Assembly: GCF_006345805.1 (NCBI RefSeq)
Contig: NC_043000.1
Span: forward strand, 106,454,001-106,518,000
Length of the DNA: 64,000 nucleotides
Direction: 5' to 3'
Origin: Octopus sinensis
Lineage: Eukaryota
A model generated the notes under the pieces. That model was not told where the DNA came from. It was given only the letters and a program-made list of their open reading frames with translations, and made no database searches. This document shows positions 54,885-64,000 of the stretch, piece after piece (the first letter of the stretch is position 1; each line of letters opens with the position of its first letter). Position numbers and translations under genes: made by a program.

Positions 54885-55134
54885 CACACACACATACACT
54901 CTCACACACACACATACACACATACAAACACACACACACACATACAAACACACGCACTGCCTTATACTGAAACAATCATATACGCATATAAATTGATAAT
55001 GTGACTAGCAGTTATTTCGTGAAAACAAACAATTTCACCGTCGTCGTCGTCATGGTCATGATCATCATCACCATCACCATCATCGTGATCATGATCATCA
55101 TCTTCGTTATCTTTGTTGTTGTGGTCCTTCCTAG

Positions 55135-55176
<42 letters not shown>

Positions 55177-55305
55177 TCATCGTCATCATCATCATCATCA
55201 TTCCATTGCCAAAACGAAAAAAAGGTAAGTATCAAACATTCTTCGGAATTGTATAAGAAATGAACAAAAACGAAACGCATACACGCACACACACGCGCGC
55301 ACTCG

Positions 55306-55347
<42 letters not shown>

Positions 55348-55375
55348 ACACACACACACACACATATATATATGA
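54400..55375. repeat. Microsatellite field: (TACA)n, (CA)n, (CAT)n/(CGT)n, (CA)n
   Basis: Directly visible. Confidence 0.95.
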
Positions 55376-55959
55376 AATAGCAAACAAAGCAGTTGGTATC
55401 CTGCATGGAGCATTTAATTGTCTGAAAACAATTAGATTCCTATCCATTTCTAAAAGTGTGCATGACGTGTAACCATATAGACAGATGCAATATTAATAGC
55501 AACGGCAAGATCAAAGCACAACTTAAAGAAAACACTATTTACAAAGCTTCATGCCCGTCTGACAGCTGCAAATGTCATAACATGAAAATCTTAAGTCGGT
55601 ATAAACTACAAAATCATGATGCAGAGGAAAAATTCAGAAACCTTGCAAGAGGAATATTTATTTTGACTTTAATGTTAAATTCAAGACTTGATTTTGTAAT
55701 TAAATGTATGTAATTGATTATGTAATCGATTTAGTATGCATTTGGTGGTTATTTTCATTGATTATTTCTTTGAACTGAAGATCAATGGCAGTCACAATGA
55801 TATTTAGAATTGAACCATCGAAATAAATACAAGGATGGGTCGAGAAGTTTACTCAGTGATGGCAGTTGCTTTGTAAATAATGTTTTAAGTTGTGCTTTGA
55901 TCTTGCCCTTGCTATTAATGTTGAGATGCATTAATTTCAACTCTTATTAATTATTACAT

Positions 55960-57098
55960 AGTTTCTTTCCAGGTAAACTGACATCTGACGGTTCAGAAAA
56001 GACTTCAGATGTAACTAGTATCGGCATCTCTTGAAAATGGACAAAATTTGGCATCGTGTTGTTATCGAGTACCTACAGAAAAAGGGTTTATCCCTCAAAG
56101 ACATTCAGGCTGATATGGTTGTGATATTAGGGGATGACGTTTTAGCTTTAGCAATAGTGCAAAAGTGGTCAGCTGAATTTAAGACAGGGGTAACCTTGAA
56201 GATGAGCCAAAGTCTGGATGTTCTGCAACTGCCACCACTGAGTAAAACATTGATCGTGTTCACCACATGGTGATGGATTGACTATATAAATCAAATAGCC
56301 AATGCTATTGGTATATCCCGTGAGAAAGTTCAGAATATTCTGTACAAGGAACTTGCCATGACGAAAGTTTCTGCTCAGTGGTTGCCACGTTTTCTGACCC
56401 CTGTTTGAAAATCTGACATTGTTTGAAGCAGATCCAGCTGGTTTCTTTGTTTTCGAAGCCAGGATGAGTATATAGTTCATCACCTTGAACCAGAGACAAA
56501 GAAACAATCCATGCAGTGGAAATACTCCCTCCTCATTTACTTCAAAGAAGGCCAAGGTTGTTTTATCTGCATGGACGGTGGTTGTCTCAGTTTCTGGGAT
56601 GCAAAGGGCATTGTGTTTATTGATTATCTTCAAAAGAGCTACATCATCAATGAAGAGTACTATGTCAACTTGCTGAGGTAGTTATGTCAAGATCAAACGC
56701 TCAGGAAAACTGATGAAAGGGATCTTGTTTCATCAGGACAATTCTCCAGCATACAAGTCTTTGCTTTCAATAGCTGCTGTGCGTGACTATACTTTTGAAC
56801 TAGTTGAGCATCCTTTCTCTTCTGACTTGTCCCTATCTGGCTATCATCTGTTCCCCAATATGAAAAAACCCCCCTTGGCTGGGAACCAATATCGCAGTGA
56901 TGACGATGTCACATCTGCTGCTGATGACTTTTTTGGCCAACAGGATGAAAGCTTCTTTATCAATGGGACCCAACCACTGCAGCACCGATGGAAGACTTAT
57001 GTGGATCACAAGGGAGATTATTTTGAAAAATAGACCTCATTTAGTCGCATTTCATGAGAGTGTCTTGGTCAGCCTATGAACCTTTCAGCTGACTCTCG
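55960..57098 (+). mobile_element. Mariner transposon relic (DD34D-type), nearly full coding length but decayed
   Basis: MDKIWHRVVIEYLQKKGLS (HTH), a SAQWLPRFLT linker, and ILFHQDNSPAYKS...YSSDL-like...HLFPNMKK...GDYFEK*. 3' TIR ends cagctgactctcg-TA at 57098-57100; 5' TIR not found. Confidence 0.88.
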
Positions 57099-57914
57099 TA
57101 CTATAAATAGTACTTTTTATTATTACATAAAATAATTGGGCGACGAGATGGGAGAATCGTTAGAGCATCAGGAAAAACGCTTTGCAATATTCTTCCGGCT
57201 CATTATACCGACAAGTTTAAATTCCACTGAAGCCAACTTTGTCTTTCATCCCTCCGGCATCGATAAGAGAACATATCAATCAAGTACTCAAATCTTAGGT
57301 ATCGACTAACACTCTTCTCTTAAAATTGCTGCTTAGAAAATCATTATATGAAATAAAGCCATTCGAATAATCGAAAGACACATATGCATGCTAGGGGTCA
57401 TCCTATGCTAGGACATAGAAATATAATGAACACCAGACAGCAATAAGTTATCAAAGGTCAAGAATATTAGCTTAATGGAGATATGAGTGTATGAAGTAGA
57501 ATGGACTGCATACAAAAAAAAAAAGAAAAAGAAAAAAGAAAGATAAAAAACAAGTGATGAAATCAAAGTAATAATCCGTTCTTGATAACAGAATATGATT
57601 TTTGATTGTGAAGAGGAAGATATTGGACAGTTTAGTTAGAAACTGAACTGCAGTTGATTAAAAAATCTAGTTTGTAGTCACTATAAACTGCCAAATGACA
57701 TTTAAAAACCTATCTACCGAGAACCTACTCACATTAACCTTATAAATACGGCAAATCCCTTTTCCTATCCCACAATCGTGAACAGCTAAAGGGCAGAAAG
57801 TAGAGTAGGCTGTTAACTTTTGGTATGAAAAATATTCACTCTACTCAAAGTATTGAGTTCTATAGCATCAGATAATATTGGTACTACGAAAAAATATTTT
57901 TACATACTTTATGA

Positions 57915-58023
57915 TATATATATGTATGTATATTTATACACACACACACACATATATATATACATACATATATATATGTATATATATATATATGTATATG
58001 TGTATGATATGTATGTGCATATG

Positions 58024-58079
<56 letters not shown>

Positions 58080-58127
58080 ATGTGTATAATATGTATGTGC
58101 ATATGTATATATATATATATATATATA

Positions 58128-58187
<60 letters not shown>
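57915..58187. repeat. Compound (AT)n/(TATG) microsatellite with a local tandem duplication
   Basis: atatgtatatgtgtatgatatgtatgtgcatatgtatat occurs twice. Confidence 0.9.
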
Positions 58188-58710
<523 letters not shown>

Positions 58711-59334
58711 TCCAAAACAAGTGTAAGAATAAAGATGATGCCAAAGAAAAAGAAATGACTAAGATAGAGAAATGAATCTTAGAATACTATTTCATACAGG
58801 TATGTTAATGTATTAAACGCAAAAGTTAATATATTAAGCGGGAAATTCTTGTAAGATATGAACAAAAAATAAAGTGGCTGTGTTCAGAAAGTTCTTCAAA
58901 GTTTGATCTAAGTAAATTCTCGAATAATTAAACCTGCTGAAAATTGATCAATCATTTAGAAATGAATATGTCACTCGAGAGAGGGTTCAAAGGTCATTGT
59001 TAAAAATATCTTGAAGGGTAACGTCAAAGTGAATATGTTAATTTGTGTGTGTATAAAAAGATCAAAATTGAATAGGGCATTAAAATATCACTTGTTATAA
59101 CAGAACCATCGCTCTAAAACTACAAATTACTATTAAAAAACACACGGCGAATGCAATAAACTGAAATAGGCTTTTTTTTGTATGAATTACAGAAGAAAGA
59201 AATATTTTACCTATAAAGGTGTGAACTTGCTAGCCATTTTATTATTATCATTATTATTATTAATAATGGTAACGATACCTATTTAACTTTAAATTACAAA
59301 CACACACACACACACATATATATATACATACACA

Positions 59335-59549
59335 CGAGGGGTTGCTGAAAAGTTCCTGGCTTTGGGTAAAAGAAAATACGGGAGGATCAGTTATGATTTT
59401 ATTCAACAAATTCCTCTTTCAGATTCACTCACTTATTGAAGCGGTCCTTCAGTTTTTCTAAGCCCTATAAAAGAACTCGAAAGGTTGGGGCCTCCAACCA
59501 GGCCTTTTGCAACACCCTTAAAGCCAGGAATTTTACAGCATTCCTTCAT
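59335..59549 (-). mobile_element. Mariner-derived MITE, same family as 2788-2997, opposite orientation
   Basis: cgaggggttgctgaaaagttcctggctt ... aagccaggaattttacagcattccttca; interior is the reverse complement of the first copy. Confidence 0.82.
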
Positions 59550-59568
59550 GTATACATACATACATACA

Positions 59569-59601
<33 letters not shown>

Positions 59602-59848
59602 GCATGTATATTATACGGGTATTAAAAAACATTTCATTCAATAAATAAATAATGTCTTTACATTACGTATACATTAATAGAATAAATTGTCGGTTTTCCA
59701 AATAGCGAATTAAAACTTGAAATGAAAACAATACAAGAAAAAGTGAGACTTTGCAAATACAAATGGAATACTTCGCAGTGAATGCAATGAATATTTAAAT
59801 TTGAGACGAATTGGATGCAGAGAATGCAATGATTATCTAAGTATTCAA

Positions 59849-60250
59849 GGCGGCGAGCTGGCAGAATTGTTAGCACGCCGGGCGAAATGTTTAGCAACAT
59901 TTCGTCTGCCGCTACGTTCTGAGTTCAAATTCCGCCGAGGTCGACTTTGCCTTTCAGCTTTTCGGGGTCGATTAAATAAGTACCTGTTACGCACTGGGGT
60001 CGATATAATCGACTTAATCCGTTTGTCTGTCCTTGTATGTCCTCTCTCTGTTTAGCCCCTTGTGGGTAGTAAAGAAATAGGTATTTCGTCTGCCGCTACG
60101 TTCTGAGTTCAAATTCCGCCGAGGTCGACTTGACCTTTCATCCTTTCTAGGTCGATAAATTTAGTACCAGTTGCGTACTGGGGTCGATATAATCGACTGG
60201 CCCCCTCACACCCCAAAATTTCGGGCTTTGTGCCTAGAGTAGAAAAGAAT
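59849..60250 (+). mobile_element. SINE family A, long dimeric form, CpG-rich (young)
   Basis: tRNA-like head 59849-59936; body repeated from 60081 (gtatttcgtctgccgctacgttctgagttcaaattccgccgaggtcgac); ends tgcctagagtagaaaagaat. Confidence 0.9.
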
Positions 60251-60923
60251 AATCTAAATACGCGAGAAAATGGAGTTAAAACAATTCAATAAACTTGAGA
60301 AATCGAAATTATAGGAAATTTCTTAAAACATGAATTTATAAAAATATTTCCAGGCAACCCTTTAATAATTGCTTTCTTTTAGTATTTTTAATAATTGTTA
60401 CATACCTAATTAACAAACAGCTTTCTCCATTATAGTATAGATTTGTGCCGAAAAGAAGATGCAGAACGTGATTGGTGAAAAACAGTTAATAGGGTGTTAA
60501 GGAGCCCAAATCAATTAATGATTGCTTGAAAGCACAAGTCGTCAATTAAACCATTTTTAATGACAAAAAGTTTGGTCAAGTAAATGGCGTCATCACTTTA
60601 TTTGATGAAGTAATCAAATGATTGGCCTAATTGAATTTATAGCAAAGTAAAGCACAACTGTGCGCGGAATGCGTGCTTACATGAAATAGCGCGCCGTGGT
60701 ACACACACATATACACATATACACGCAAGCACGTATGCACATACACACGCGCGCGAGCACACACACACACGTGCATGCACACACACACACACGCATAGGC
60801 GCGCGTGTGTGCTTGTCCTTCCGTATCCCGACGAAAGAGATATTGTTTTATGTACTTGTGAAGGCTGCCTGCAGTTGCTCCTCAAAGGACGCAAGGAAAG
60901 AATCGTGAGAATGGCAAAATATA

Positions 60924-61830
60924 CGGCGTGTTCGGCATAAATTTGACGAAGTTTTATATCTCTTTTTTTCCCACAAACAGCTTGATGTATTTATTGTTGA
61001 ATAGTCAACTGTGTTGGAGAGCATAAAGATTAAAGTTGTAGTTGAGAAAAAAGTTAACTGAAATGGAGGATTGGAAGCCCTCTGAATATTGGAAAAGAGC
61101 TGCTTATATAATGATGATTTACGCCGGGTATCAAAACGCCGACATCATGACTGCTGCTCGATGTTCTGTGAACTTTGTAAAGGCTCTAAGACATGATGTG
61201 GACATCATGAAAACCAAGTTTCTTCATACTGTGATGGTGTTCGGGTGTGTCTCCATTGAGGGTGGCGACATGCCACCCTACATATTTGAACAGAGCCTTA
61301 GGCTCATTCAGACTGTCATGTGAAGCTGCTGAAAACTATGGTCAAACCATGGCCATAGAGCGTTCCTGCCGGAAGGCCATATGCTTGGTAGTAGGATTCA
61401 GTTCCTTGCTATACCCATGGAAAGGCCATATGCGTGGTAGTAGGATTCGGTTCCTTGATATACCCCTGGAAAGGAATTGGTTCCTTGGCATATCCCTTGG
61501 AAGAGTTAAAAGTGGCTGTCAGAGAATTTCTATGATTTCACCAGCCCCATTTTCTGGTCTCCTAATCCCCCCGATTGTAATCCCATGGGTTACTATGCGT
61601 GGGGTGTAGTTGAAAAGACACCAAGCGCTCTACCTGCAACCCCATGGTCGAGCTAGTGACCAAGATCAAGAAGGCATTCAAAAATCTTTCCAGGGACACA
61701 GTGAGGAATGCATGCACCAGGTTTCGGAGCCGTCTCGAGGCCATGGTGGAAGTTGAGGGTGGCTTACTTTGAATAAACTGTTATCTCTCAACCATAATTT
61801 AGTTGGTATTTTTGGATTTTTTTTTATGTA
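60924..61830 (+). mobile_element. maT/DD37D-like mariner (second subfamily), internally deleted
   Basis: TA-CGGCGTGTTCGG start; WKRAAYIMMIYAGYQNADIM joined to MKTKFLHTVMVFGCVSIEGGDMPPYIF; later QDSVPC and FWSPNPPDCNPMGYYAWGVVEK. Confidence 0.8.
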
Positions 61831-62510
61831 GTTGAACAGTGATTGGTCTACTGGAAACTGTAACCAGTGATGTTCTTCTTCATGCTATAATAAATACATC
61901 TTCAAACCAACGGGATGGTCACTGTTGGAACACTTTAATCAGTCAGAGCAAATATGTGATTCGACTCTGACATCACCATCACTATTACTCTCACCATTAT
62001 CATCATCACCACAAACTCTGTCAGCCAGCTTACATGTCAGTCAGTGGTAAATATCTGTCTAATGCGCAAAACGATTTTGTTCAGCTCCAATGCTCAAGAA
62101 TTACCAGTACTTTTTTCTTAATATTTTGGTTTGTAGCTACAGCTGAAATAATCATCAAACTGACCAATCAGAAGACGACTTCACCAATGCATTTCTTATC
62201 CATTTCCATATTTCTTATCTTCACGATTAACCGTTTTTTGTGATATGCCTAGCGAGAAACATACAAACGAAAAAGAACCCCCCACCCCCTAAAAAACAAA
62301 GGCAACCTAGCACAAAATTTAGAGGGTGGGATGAAAGAGGGTAACAAATAGGAAGCGTTGTTGTGTTTTCTGATAAGATAACGGAAATCAGTAATCTACA
62401 TAAAAAAACTGCAAGATTGAATGATTTGAATCCACATCCTGCACCATATTTGATTGTTGCAGTAGGATTATGTTTGTTTTGCTTCGTCTATTTTTTTCTC
62501 GATTAAAGTG

Positions 62511-62520
62511 CATACATACA

Positions 62521-62551
<31 letters not shown>

Positions 62552-63640
62552 CATACATACATACATACATACGTACGTACGTACATACATACATACATAG
62601 TGCATGCCTGCATACATACATACATACGTACATACATACATACATGCATGCCTGCATATATACGTACATACGTACATACATACGTACATACATACATACA
62701 TACATACAACATACATACATACATACATACATACATACATACATGCATGCCTGCATATATACATACATACATACGTACATACATACATACATGCATGCCT
62801 GCATATATACATATATACATACATACATACATACATACATACATACATACGTACATACATACATACATACATACATGGATGCATGCCTGCACATATACAT
62901 AAATACATACGTACATACATACATACATGCATGCCTGCATATATACATACATACATACATACATACATACATACATACATACATACATACTTACATACAT
63001 ACATACGTACGTAAGTACATACATACATACATACATACATACATACATACATACATACATACATACATACATACGTACGTAAGTACATACATACATACAT
63101 AGTGCATGCCTGCATACATACATACATACATACATACGTACATACATAAATACATACATACATGGATGCATGCCTGCATATATGCACACATACATACGTA
63201 CATACATACATACATGCATGCCTGCATGCATACATACATAAATACATACATACATACATACATACATACATACATACATACATACATACATACATACATA
63301 CATACGTACGTACATACATACATACATAGTGCATGCCTGCATACATACATACATACATACATACATACATACATACATACATACATACGTACATACATAC
63401 ATACATACATACATACATACATACATGCATGCATGCCTGCATATATACATACATACGTACGTACGTACATACATACTTACATACATACATACATACATAC
63501 ATACACACACATACATACATACATACATACATACATACATACATACATACATACATACATACATACATACATACATACATACATACATACACGGATGCAT
63601 GCATGCATACATACATGCATGCATACATAAATATATACAA
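62511..63640. repeat. ~1.1-kb (TACA)n satellite with recurring catgcatgcctgca interruptions
   Basis: Directly visible; followed by (TATG)n at about 63795-63860 and (TACA)n/(GACA)n running to the window end. Confidence 0.95.
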
Positions 63641-63886
63641 ATATGGCTGTCTGCTAAATGCCAATGAGCGAAACTCTCGGTCCTTGAGTCACTCTGTAAC
63701 TTCCGCCACTAACATAAAAATAGAATATACCCATGTTTTGAGTTTCATTTTCTTGTTTGTATCAACACACATACATACACGCATATACGCACGCGTATGT
63801 ATGTATGTATGTATGTATGTATGTATGTATGTATGTATGTATGTATGTATGTATGTACGTATATACATATAACATGCATAAATATG

Positions 63887-63925
<39 letters not shown>

Positions 63926-64000
63926 TATATGTATTATACATGTATACATACATACATACATACATACATACATACAGATAGACAGACAGACAGACAGACA

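Noticed and set aside
55001-55228. Poly-Arg/His and poly-Asp/Thr ORFs
   Set aside because: Products of (CGT)n/(CAT)n trinucleotide repeats with no splice or homology support.

Overview
AT-rich eukaryotic DNA dense in microsatellites and transposons. The repeat families look like those of a coleoid cephalopod, most likely Octopus; this is recognition only, no search was run. One host gene is supported: the 3' roughly three-quarters of an ERMP1 (M28 family ER metallopeptidase) gene on the + strand. I reconstructed it by hand as 12 GT-AG exons from 492 to 47194, totalling 1986 nt (661 aa plus stop) with all intron phases consistent. Its 5' exons lie left of the window. The remaining sequence is repeat-derived. 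It includes several tRNA-headed SINE families, an antisense RTE/RTEX LINE relic whose 3' tail is shared by about 20 short copies, and CR1, RTE-BovB-like and L1/Tx1 fragments. It also holds Tc1/mariner relics and MITEs, a hAT MITE, Helentron/Lep1-like elements and large simple repeats. The most unusual observation is a tRNA-headed SINE-like element carrying a Penelope-type minimal hammerhead ribozyme core, with a second, core-intact copy on the antisense strand and a second hammerhead family elsewhere. Other highlights are a fold-back mariner derivative with arms of about 240 bp in the last intron, a near-perfect inverted duplication of about 110 bp around an (AT)n tract, and a tandem duplication that preserves the pre-insertion allele of a LINE-tail insertion. 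Nearly all ORFs in the supplied track are microsatellite artefacts or TE fragments. Repeat boundaries are approximate unless a TIR or splice site defines them.
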